Positions 9,907-16,824 of a stretch of DNA of 32,000 nucleotides are shown here, piece by piece. A program made the position numbers and the translations under genes. Origin of the DNA: Mycolicibacterium smegmatis (lineage in GTDB: Bacteria > Actinomycetota > Actinomycetes > Mycobacteriales > Mycobacteriaceae); contig NZ_LN831039.1 of the NCBI RefSeq assembly GCF_001457595.1, forward strand, positions 5,190,001 to 5,222,000. Direction: 5' to 3'. Position 1 is the first letter of the stretch; the number at the start of each line of letters is the position of its first letter. A model generated the notes under the pieces. That model was given only the letters and a program-made list of their open reading frames with translations. It searched no databases and was not told where the DNA came from.

Positions 9907-11070
9907 ATGCGGGTGGCCATGATGACTCGGGAGTATCCACCCGAGGTGTACGGCGGAGCAGGCGTTCACGTGACCGAGCTGGTCGCTCAACTCCGAAAAT
10001 TGTGCGACGTCGACGTGCACTGCATGGGCGCCCCGCGCGACGGGGCATACGTGGCGCATCCAGACCCGGCGCTGCGCGGCGCCAATGCCGCGCTGACAAC
10101 GTTGTCGGCGGACCTGAACATGGTGAACAACGCCGAGGCGGCGACCGTGGTGCATTCCCACACCTGGTACACCGGCCTGGCGGGCCATCTCGCGTCGCTG
10201 CTGTACGGCGTCCCGCACGTGCTCACGGCGCACTCGCTTGAGCCCTTGCGGCCGTGGAAGGCCGAACAGTTGGGCGGCGGTTACCGCGTGTCCTCGTGGG
10301 TCGAGCACACGGCCGTCGAGGCCGCCGACGCGGTCATCGCGGTGAGCTCGGGCATGCGCGACGACGTGCTGCGCACGTACCCCGCGCTGGATCCCGACCG
10401 GGTGCACGTGGTGCGCAACGGCATCGACACCACCGTCTGGTATCCCGCGGAGCCCACTCCCGACGAGTCGGTGCTCGCCGAACTCGGGGTGGACCTCAAC
10501 CGGCCGATCGTCGCGTTCGTCGGACGCATCACGCGCCAGAAGGGTGTCGCGCACCTGGTGGCCGCCGCGCACCGGTTCGCGCCCGAGGTGCAGCTGGTGT
10601 TGTGCGCGGGCGCCCCGGACACGCCGCAGATCGCCGAGGAGGTGTCGTCAGCGGTGCAGCAGCTCGCGCAGGCGCGCACCGGGGTGTTCTGGGTGCGCGA
10701 GATGCTGCCGACGCACAAGATCCGGGAGATTCTCTCGGCAGCAACTGTTTTCGTATGCCCGTCGGTGTACGAACCACTGGGCATCGTGAACCTGGAAGCG
10801 ATGGCGTGCGCCACGGCCGTGGTGGCCTCCGACGTCGGGGGCATCCCCGAGGTCGTCGCCGACGGGCGCACCGGCCTTCTGGTGCACTACGACGCGAACG
10901 ACACCGAGGCCTACGAGGCGCGTCTGGCCGAAGCGGTGAACTCGCTGGTGGCCGATCCGGACAGAGCCCGCGAGTACGGCATCGCAGGCCGCGAGCGGTG
11001 CATCGACGAATTCTCGTGGGCACACATCGCCGAGCAGACGTTGGAGATCTACCGCAAGGTGTCTGCCTGA
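9907..11070 (+). CDS. glgM: GT4 glycosyltransferase, alpha-maltose-1-phosphate synthase GlgM (annotated glgA in older annotations; Rv1212c-like)
   Basis: MRVAMMTREYPPEVYGGAGVHVTELV... matches the Rv1212c N-terminus as I recall it, so the start is ATG 9907 rather than the track start 9871. E-x7-E region EPLGIVNLEAMACATAVVASDVGGIPEVV. Confidence 0.93.
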   Translation: MRVAMMTREYPPEVYGGAGVHVTELVAQLRKLCDVDVHCMGAPRDGAYVAHPDPALRGANAALTTLSADLNMVNNAEAATVVHSHTWYTGLAGHLASLLYGVPHVLTAHSLEPLRPWKAEQLGGGYRVSSWVEHTAVEAADAVIAVSSGMRDDVLRTYPALDPDRVHVVRNGIDTTVWYPAEPTPDESVLAELGVDLNRPIVAFVGRITRQKGVAHLVAAAHRFAPEVQLVLCAGAPDTPQIAEEVSSAVQQLAQARTGVFWVREMLPTHKIREILSAATVFVCPSVYEPLGIVNLEAMACATAVVASDVGGIPEVVADGRTGLLVHYDANDTEAYEARLAEAVNSLVADPDRAREYGIAGRERCIDEFSWAHIAEQTLEIYRKVSA

Positions 11071-11078
11071 GCCGAATC

Positions 11079-11116
11079 CGGCGCGGCCCGCGTGCAGTGC
11101 ACGCGTGACCGCGCCG
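11079..11116. terminator. GC-rich interrupted hairpin between convergent glgM and DUF3117 genes (candidate bidirectional terminator)
   Basis: CGGCGCGG (11079-11086) pairs with CCGCGCCG (11109-11116). The inner arm CGCGTGCA (11089-11096) pairs with TGCACGCG (11098-11105). There is no U-tract, which is common for mycobacterial terminators. It is flanked by direct GCCGAATC copies. Confidence 0.45.
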
Positions 11117-11124
11117 AATCTCGT

Positions 11125-11292
11125 CTAGCTGGTGACGCCCTTGAGCTCGTCGCCCAGGGCGGCTGCCTCGTCCGGGGTGAGCTCGACGACGAGGCGCCCT
11201 CCGCCCTCAAGCGGTACCCGCATCACGATCCCTCGCCCCTCTTTGGTTGCTTCCAGTGGACCGTCGCCAGTCCGGGGCTTCATCGCCGCCAT
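11125..11292 (-). CDS. DUF3117 small conserved actinobacterial protein (Rv1211-like)
   Basis: 55-aa product MAAMKPRTGDGPLEATKEGRGIVMRVPLEGGGRLVVELTPDEAAALGDELKGVTS. ATG 11292 is preceded by GGAGGGAG, whereas the longer track ORF (to 11376) has no such signal. Confidence 0.85.
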   Translation of the reverse strand: MAAMKPRTGDGPLEATKEGRGIVMRVPLEGGGRLVVELTPDEAAALGDELKGVTS

Positions 11293-11374
11293 CGAGTGCT
11301 CCCTCCAACTGAGCCGGTCCGCCTCGGCGGGCCAGGTCGGGGCCGACGCCGCCCACTCGTTGACGGCACCCGGC

Positions 11375-11393
11375 ACTGAACTGCTACTGAACT
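11375..11393 (-). repeat. perfect 8-3-8 direct repeat AGTTCAGT-AGC-AGTTCAGT (minus-strand reading)
   Basis: Plus strand has actgaact at 11375-11382 and at 11386-11393, an 11-bp phase. It lies 83-101 nt upstream of the DUF3117 start and just downstream of the tag stop. Confidence 0.6.
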
Positions 11394-11407
11394 ACTCCTA
11401 TTGTTCC

Positions 11408-12037
11408 CTATCCGGGGCGCAGGGTGTGCGAAGACCCTGCCTTGGCCTGCGCGTGGCGCGGATCTTGACGATGTTCGAGCGGCGGAACCCAGCATGTCGC
11501 GACGTGATCGTCGACCATCCCGGTGGCCTGCATCAACGCATATGCCGTCGTCGGCCCGACGAACCGGAACCTGCGACGCTTGAGTTCCTTGGCCATCGCG
11601 GTGGATTCCGGCGTCACCGCGGGCACCTGCGACATGTCGGCGGGCCGTGGACGCGCCGGCGGCGCGAACGACCACAGCAGCTCCCCGAAGTCCACATCGA
11701 GCTCCTCGACGGCCCTGGCATTGGCGATCGTGGCCTCGATCTTGGCGCGGTTGCGCACGATCCCCGCATCGCCCATGAGCCGCTCGATGTCTTTCTCCGT
11801 GTAGCGGGCCACCCGCTCGGGATCGAAGCCGTGGAACGCGCGCCGGAAGTTCTCGCGCTTGCGCAGGATGGTCAGCCAGCTCAGCCCGCTCTGGAACGCC
11901 TCGAGGCTCACGCGCTCGAACAGCGCATCGCCGTCGCGCAGCGGCCGGCCCCATTCGGTGTCGTGGTAGTCGAGATAGAGCGTCGACCCGTCGGAGCCTG
12001 GGGTCGCCCAGCCGCACCGGACACGTCCGTCGGTCAC
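11408..12037 (-). CDS. tag: DNA-3-methyladenine glycosylase I
   Basis: Motifs DYHDTEWGRP, FERVSLEAFQSGLSWLTILRKRENFR and a C-terminal His/Cys zinc ligand region. GTG start overlaps the upstream stop (GTGA at 12034-12037). Confidence 0.93.
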   Translation of the reverse strand: MTDGRVRCGWATPGSDGSTLYLDYHDTEWGRPLRDGDALFERVSLEAFQSGLSWLTILRKRENFRRAFHGFDPERVARYTEKDIERLMGDAGIVRNRAKIEATIANARAVEELDVDFGELLWSFAPPARPRPADMSQVPAVTPESTAMAKELKRRRFRFVGPTTAYALMQATGMVDDHVATCWVPPLEHRQDPRHAQAKAGSSHTLRPG

Positions 12038-12417
12038 GACGTGCCTTCCTCCCCGCGCAGCTGCCCCGCGGTGGCCGAGACCTCGACGTCGTCGTCCTCG
12101 ATGTCTTCCGGGGTGTCCTCCGGGACGCCGTAGGCGACCCGCAGCGCGGCGAGTTCCCCGCGCAGTGAGTCGAGTTCATAGCCAAGGCGCTCCAGCACCC
12201 AGTCCACCTCGCTGGTCTTGTAACCGCGCAGCGACTGCGTGAACCGCACCGATTCGACGTCGGCGCCGGTGACCCCTGAGGCAGGCAACACCGTCGCGGT
12301 GGTGCCCCGCGGCAGCGGGGGCAGCGTCTCACCGCGACCGAAGATCACGCTGCCCAGGGCGAACAGCACCGTGGCGACCAGAACGAGCACCACGAGATAC
12401 AGCAGTATCAACGTCAC
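12034..12417 (-). CDS. DivIVA-domain membrane protein (Rv1209-like)
   Basis: N-terminal TM helix LILLYLVVLVLVATVLFALGSVIF, then FTQSLRGYKTSEVDWVLERLGYELDSLRGELAAL, typical of the DivIVA N-terminal domain. Acidic tail. GTG start at 12417. Confidence 0.8.
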   Translation of the reverse strand: MTLILLYLVVLVLVATVLFALGSVIFGRGETLPPLPRGTTATVLPASGVTGADVESVRFTQSLRGYKTSEVDWVLERLGYELDSLRGELAALRVAYGVPEDTPEDIEDDDVEVSATAGQLRGEEGTS

Positions 12418-12456
12418 GCTTCCGATACTGCCTCACGTGTCCGACAGCGGACGCAC

Positions 12457-13416
12457 CTAGCGCGGACGCAGCGTGGTCATCGGCGGGCGGTCGGCCAGGG
12501 ACACCGAGGACACCCGAGGGGTGAAGTCGTCGCCGTCGGCGAAGAACTGCGTGAGCCCGACGCCCGAGTCGGAGATGCCGCAGCGCGACAGCAGCGTCGC
12601 GATGACCTGGCGACTCATCGAGGCCAACTCGGTCAGCGGCCGGTTGCGATGGGCCCGCACACCCAGGTTGACCTGCGCGATGCCGTCCAGGCCCAGCCGG
12701 TCGTAGGTGTCGACCAGCAGGCCGATCTCGACGCCGTAGCCGGGTGCGAACGGCACCGACGTGAGCAGTTCGCGGGTGCCCGCGTACTCGCCACCCAGCG
12801 GCTGCAGCACGCAGTTGAGTTCGGGACGCAGCGACGCCAACAGCGGACGGGCGACGAGTTCGGTGACGCGCCCGCCACCGTTGGCGTCCTCGGCACCGCT
12901 GACCTTGAGCGGCCTGCGGTAGAAACCCTTGACCAGGTGCACACCGTCGCACGTCAGCAGCGGTCCCAGCAGCTTCGGGACGAACATCGGGTCCGGGTCG
13001 ATCAGATCGGAGTCGACGAACGCGATGATGTCGCCCGTCGTGGCGGCCAGCGAGCGCCACAACACCTCGCCCTTGCCGGGCTGCGGCGGCACCTCGGGCA
13101 GCGCGGCCTCGCGGCTGACCACCTTGGCCCCCGCGGCGACAGCGCGGATCTCGGTCTCGTCGGTGGAACCGGAATCGAGCACGATCAGCTCGTCGACCAG
13201 GCCGCCGAGCAGCGGTTTGATGGTCTCCACCACCGAGCCGACGGTTTCTTCCTCGTTGAGCGCGGGCAACACGACCGACACGGTGCGACCGGCTTTCGCG
13301 GCCTCCAGGTCGGCGACCGTCCACGACGGCCGGTTCCAGCTGTGGTCGGTCAGCCAACGGTGCCCCACAACCCCGTCCTGAACCAGATCTGCGACGGTCA
13401 GAGGTATCGCTGTCAT
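12457..13416 (-). CDS. gpgS: glucosyl-3-phosphoglycerate synthase (GT81)
   Basis: MTAIPLTVADL...WNRPSWTVADLEAAKAGRTVSVVLPALNEEETVG...LIVLDSGSTDETE...FVDSDL matches Rv1208. Start ATG 13416 overlaps the folP2 stop (ATGA). The 75-codon upstream extension of the track ORF lies inside folP2. Confidence 0.93.
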   Translation of the reverse strand: MTAIPLTVADLVQDGVVGHRWLTDHSWNRPSWTVADLEAAKAGRTVSVVLPALNEEETVGSVVETIKPLLGGLVDELIVLDSGSTDETEIRAVAAGAKVVSREAALPEVPPQPGKGEVLWRSLAATTGDIIAFVDSDLIDPDPMFVPKLLGPLLTCDGVHLVKGFYRRPLKVSGAEDANGGGRVTELVARPLLASLRPELNCVLQPLGGEYAGTRELLTSVPFAPGYGVEIGLLVDTYDRLGLDGIAQVNLGVRAHRNRPLTELASMSRQVIATLLSRCGISDSGVGLTQFFADGDDFTPRVSSVSLADRPPMTTLRPR

Positions 13417-14288
13417 GCCAGTCCCCTCACTGTTCGTGCGGGCTTCCGCACTCCCTGAATCGACGCGACCATTTCGAGCACGCGCCGAGTGGGCCCCACC
13501 TCGTGTACCCGGAACATGGCTGCTCCATCCGCGGCGGCAAGCGCTGTTGCGGCGAGCGTCCCTTCCAGGCGTTCGGTCAGGTCCACACCGAGAGTCTCCC
13601 CGACAAAATCCTTGTTGCTCAGCGCCATCAGGACCGGCCATCCGGTATTAACAAGATCTTTTACGTGGCGCAACAAACTAAGACCGTGATAAGTGTTTTT
13701 GCCGAAATCATGGGTCGGATCGATGAGGATCCGGTCGCGCTGCACACCCGTTGCCACGGCCCGCTCGGCGGCAGCGGTCACCTCCGCGATCACGTCGTCG
13801 ACCACACCGCGCTCGCTGATGCCGTAGTTCACCCGGAACGGCCGCGTGCGCGGCGTCGCGCCGCCCGTGTGTGAGCACACCAGGCCCGCGCCGAACTCGG
13901 CGGCCACCTCGGCCAGACCTGGGTCGGCGCCGGCCCAGGTGTCGTTGATGATGTCCGCGCCCGCCGCGCACGCCTGCTTGGCGACGGCCGCGCGCCACGT
14001 GTCGACGCTGATCAACCGGTCGGGGAAGGTGCTGCGCAGCCACTCGATGAACGGGACGACGCGCGTGATCTCCTCTTCGGCGTCGACGTTGCTGCCGGGG
14101 CCCGCCTTGACGCCGCCGACGTCGATGACGTCGGCACCTTCGTCGATCACACGGTGCGCGGCGGCCTTGGCTGCCTCGTCGGTGAAGGTGGCGCCGCGGT
14201 CGTAGAACGAATCGGGTGTCCGGTTGACGATCGCCATGATGAGGGCACGGTCGTGCGCCACCGGACGACCGCAGAACGTCGAGAACAC
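13413..14288 (-). CDS. folP2: dihydropteroate synthase paralogue FolP2
   Basis: Pterin-binding domain motifs IMAIVNRTPDSFYDRG, DVIDVGGVKAGPG and INDTWAG. GTG 14288 is preceded by GGAGG. Rv1207 position, upstream of and overlapping gpgS. Confidence 0.9.
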   Translation of the reverse strand: MFSTFCGRPVAHDRALIMAIVNRTPDSFYDRGATFTDEAAKAAAHRVIDEGADVIDVGGVKAGPGSNVDAEEEITRVVPFIEWLRSTFPDRLISVDTWRAAVAKQACAAGADIINDTWAGADPGLAEVAAEFGAGLVCSHTGGATPRTRPFRVNYGISERGVVDDVIAEVTAAAERAVATGVQRDRILIDPTHDFGKNTYHGLSLLRHVKDLVNTGWPVLMALSNKDFVGETLGVDLTERLEGTLAATALAAADGAAMFRVHEVGPTRRVLEMVASIQGVRKPARTVRGLA

Positions 14289-14306
14289 GCCTCCATAGTG
14301 CCTGGA

Positions 14307-16085
14307 CTAGTTCTTGGGGCGTTTACCCGCCGTGACTTCCTCGGGGTACTCGTCGTAGAACGGCACGTAGCCCTCGTCGCGGCCGGCGAGCACGTAGACC
14401 GGGTCGGTGACGTCCGGGCCGTATCCCTGTTTGCGCAGGTCCACCTTCTGGCTCTTGAACGTCGAGGTGTGCGCCAGTTCGGGTACGACGCGCACGAACA
14501 GCGGTACGGCGTAGGCGGGCAGGTGCCCGTAGAACGCGTCGGCGAGCGCCTTGCCGTCGAACTCCTCGCCGTCCTTGAGCTGGACGGCGGCCATGCCCGC
14601 CCGTCCCCCGGCGCCGGGGACCTCGACGCCGAAGACCGTGCACTCCTCGATCTTGTGGTGGCTCGCGACGGCGGCCTCCACCTCGGTGGTCGCGACGTTC
14701 TCGCCCTTCCAGCGGAACGTGTCGCCCAGCCGGTCGGCGAACGCCGCGTGGCCGAAGCCCTGCGAACGCATCAGGTCGCCCGTGTTGAACCACACGTCGC
14801 CGTCCTTGAATGCGTTGCGCACCAACTTCTTCTCGGTCGCCGACGAGTCGGTGTAGCCGTCGAACGGCTGGAACGAACTGACCTTCGACAGCAGCAGGCC
14901 GGGCTCCCCCGACTTGACCTTGCGCAGCTTGCCGTCGGCGCCGCGCACCGGTTCACCCGTGTCGGGGTCGTATTCGACGAACGCCACCGGACTCGGGCAG
15001 ATGCCGGTGGACTTCGACACGTTGAACACGTTGACGAACGCCGTGTTGCCCTCACTGGCGGCGTAGAACTCGCAGACCCGGGAGATGCCGAACCGCTCGA
15101 TGAACTCGTCCCAGATGGCCGGCCGCAGCCCGTTTCCGACGATCACGCGCACCTTGTGCGCGCGGTCGGTCGGCTTGGGCGGCTGGTTGAGCAGGTATCC
15201 GCAGATCTCGCCGATGTAGACGAACGCGGTGGCGCCGTAGTCGATGACCTCGTCCCAGAACCTCGAGGCCGAGAACGATTTGCCAAGTGCCAGAGACGCA
15301 CCCGAGTTCAGCACCGATCCGACCGAGACCGTCAGCGCGTTGTTGTGGTACAGCGGCAGGCAGCAGTACAGGGTGTCGTTGCTGCGCAGACGCAGCCCGA
15401 GACCGCCGAAGCCGGCCAGCGCGCGCAGCCACCGGTAGTGCGTCATCACGCTGGCCTTGGGCAGGCCCGTGGTGCCCGAGGTGAAGATGTAGAACGCCTT
15501 GTCCTTGGCCAGTACGGCCGACGCGCTCGCCGGGTTGGTCGTCGGGGCTGTGGTCGCGAGCCGCCGCAGCTCCTCGACGGTCATCAAACCGGTTGTGTCG
15601 GCGCCACTTTCGACGATGTGGTCGACGAAGTCCGGTTCGGCCACCACCGCGGTGGCACTGAGCAGGCCGATGCTGTGCTTGAGCACATCGCCACGCTGGT
15701 GATAGTTCAGCATCCCCGCGATCGCGCCGCACTTGACGATCGCGAGCATCAGCAGCACCGCGTCGGGCGAGTTGCGCAGCATGACCCCCACGACGTCGCC
15801 GTGGCCCACACCCCGGGCGGCGAGCACCGCGGCGTAGCGGTTGACCGTCTCGTTGGCCGTCTTGTACGTCAGGCGCTCGTCACCGAACTTGATGAAAACA
15901 CGGTCGGCGTACTGCGCGGCACGGTCCTGGAAGACCTTGCCGATCGAGGTCTTGGCGCTGGGCCGGGCCGTGAAACCCGTGGCGACGCCGCGCAGGATGA
16001 CCGGCGCGTCCATCAGGAAACCCGGTAGCCGCGTCGCGAGGTCGAGCAGGCCGACGGAGTTCCTGGTGGCTTTCTGGTCGGTCAT
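14307..16085 (-). CDS. fadD6: long-chain/very-long-chain fatty-acid--CoA ligase FadD6
   Basis: AMP-binding motif YIFTSGTTGLPKA. Extensive similarity to Rv1206 (LLDLATRLP...VFQDRAAQYADRVFIKFGD...FRWKGENVATTEVE). I prefer ATG 16085 (MTDQKA..., GGAGGG 10 nt upstream). GTG 16103 is the alternative. Confidence 0.93.
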   Translation of the reverse strand: MTDQKATRNSVGLLDLATRLPGFLMDAPVILRGVATGFTARPSAKTSIGKVFQDRAAQYADRVFIKFGDERLTYKTANETVNRYAAVLAARGVGHGDVVGVMLRNSPDAVLLMLAIVKCGAIAGMLNYHQRGDVLKHSIGLLSATAVVAEPDFVDHIVESGADTTGLMTVEELRRLATTAPTTNPASASAVLAKDKAFYIFTSGTTGLPKASVMTHYRWLRALAGFGGLGLRLRSNDTLYCCLPLYHNNALTVSVGSVLNSGASLALGKSFSASRFWDEVIDYGATAFVYIGEICGYLLNQPPKPTDRAHKVRVIVGNGLRPAIWDEFIERFGISRVCEFYAASEGNTAFVNVFNVSKSTGICPSPVAFVEYDPDTGEPVRGADGKLRKVKSGEPGLLLSKVSSFQPFDGYTDSSATEKKLVRNAFKDGDVWFNTGDLMRSQGFGHAAFADRLGDTFRWKGENVATTEVEAAVASHHKIEECTVFGVEVPGAGGRAGMAAVQLKDGEEFDGKALADAFYGHLPAYAVPLFVRVVPELAHTSTFKSQKVDLRKQGYGPDVTDPVYVLAGRDEGYVPFYDEYPEEVTAGKRPKN

Positions 16086-16140
16086 GCGCGCTGTACCCTC
16101 CACAGTTTTCGGACGCCGGTGGCCAACACCTTAACCACGG

Positions 16141-16190
16141 CCGCCGGTTCGCGTTACCGCCGGTTCCGGGCCGGACTACAGCCGGACTAC
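16141..16190. repeat. two pairs of perfect 10-bp direct repeats upstream of fadD6
   Basis: CCGCCGGTTC at 16141-16150 and 16157-16166 (16-bp phase). GCCGGACTAC at 16170-16179 and 16181-16190 (11-bp phase). The last copy overlaps the LOG gene stop codon (16187-16189). Confidence 0.6.
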
Positions 16191-16771
16191 TCGGGCGCGC
16201 ACGCCTCGAGCGCGGCCTCGACGTTGTCGACCACCACCAGGCTGTCCATGGCCCGTTGCGAGACGTAACCCGTCGGGACCAGCCCCCGCAACCACGTCAA
16301 GAGCCCGTCGTAGTGGCCGAACGGATCGAGCAGGATCAGCGGCTTGTCGTGCATGCCCAGATAGCCCGCAGTCCAGGCCTCGAAGAACTCTTCGAGAGTG
16401 CCGATGCCGCCGGGCAGCGCGATGAACGCGTCCGAGCGGTGCTCCATCTCGCGCTTCCGCTCGCGCATCGTGTCGGTGACGATGAGTTCGGCCGCGTCGA
16501 CGTCGGCGAGCTCACGATGCACGAGCGCCTTGGGGATCACACCGACCGTGTGGCCGCCCTTGGCGCGGGCGGCCTGCGCGACGGCACCCATCGCCGACAC
16601 GTTGCCGCCACCGGACACCAGCGTCCACCCCCGCGCCGCGATCGACGAGCCGACCTCTGCTGCCAGCTCGAGCAGTTCGGGATGCGTCGGTCCCGACGCG
16701 CAGTACACACACACCGCCCACTGGCGGTCCTGTCCTTCTTTCACATCTCCAACGTAGACGCGCGCGACCAC
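16187..16771 (-). CDS. LOG-family (TIGR00730) nucleotide 5'-monophosphate nucleosidase, Rv1205-like
   Basis: RQWAVCVYCASGP..., VSGGGNVSAMGAV and the PGGIGTLEEFFEAWT (PGGxGTxxE) motif. Start uncertain: GTG 16771 or GTG 16744. The track start 16864 would overlap the divergent ATPase gene and adds non-conserved residues. Confidence 0.86.
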   Translation of the reverse strand: MVARVYVGDVKEGQDRQWAVCVYCASGPTHPELLELAAEVGSSIAARGWTLVSGGGNVSAMGAVAQAARAKGGHTVGVIPKALVHRELADVDAAELIVTDTMRERKREMEHRSDAFIALPGGIGTLEEFFEAWTAGYLGMHDKPLILLDPFGHYDGLLTWLRGLVPTGYVSQRAMDSLVVVDNVEAALEACAPE

Positions 16772-16824
16772 AGCGAACGAACCATTTACGGCTGACGGGC
16801 TGCGGTTCCCGTTACATTCGGGGC

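Noticed and set aside
13417-13641. 75-codon N-terminal extension of the gpgS ORF in the track (start at 13641)
   Set aside because: The extension lies entirely within folP2 in another frame, is Arg/Gly-rich, and is absent from GpgS homologues. ATG 13416 overlaps the folP2 stop in a classic ATGA coupling.
14154-16028. 624-aa plus-strand ORF antisense to fadD6
   Set aside because: The opposite strand encodes a full-length acyl-CoA ligase with an AMP-binding motif. The antisense product is Arg/Val/Gly/Asp-rich low-information sequence. High-GC artefact.
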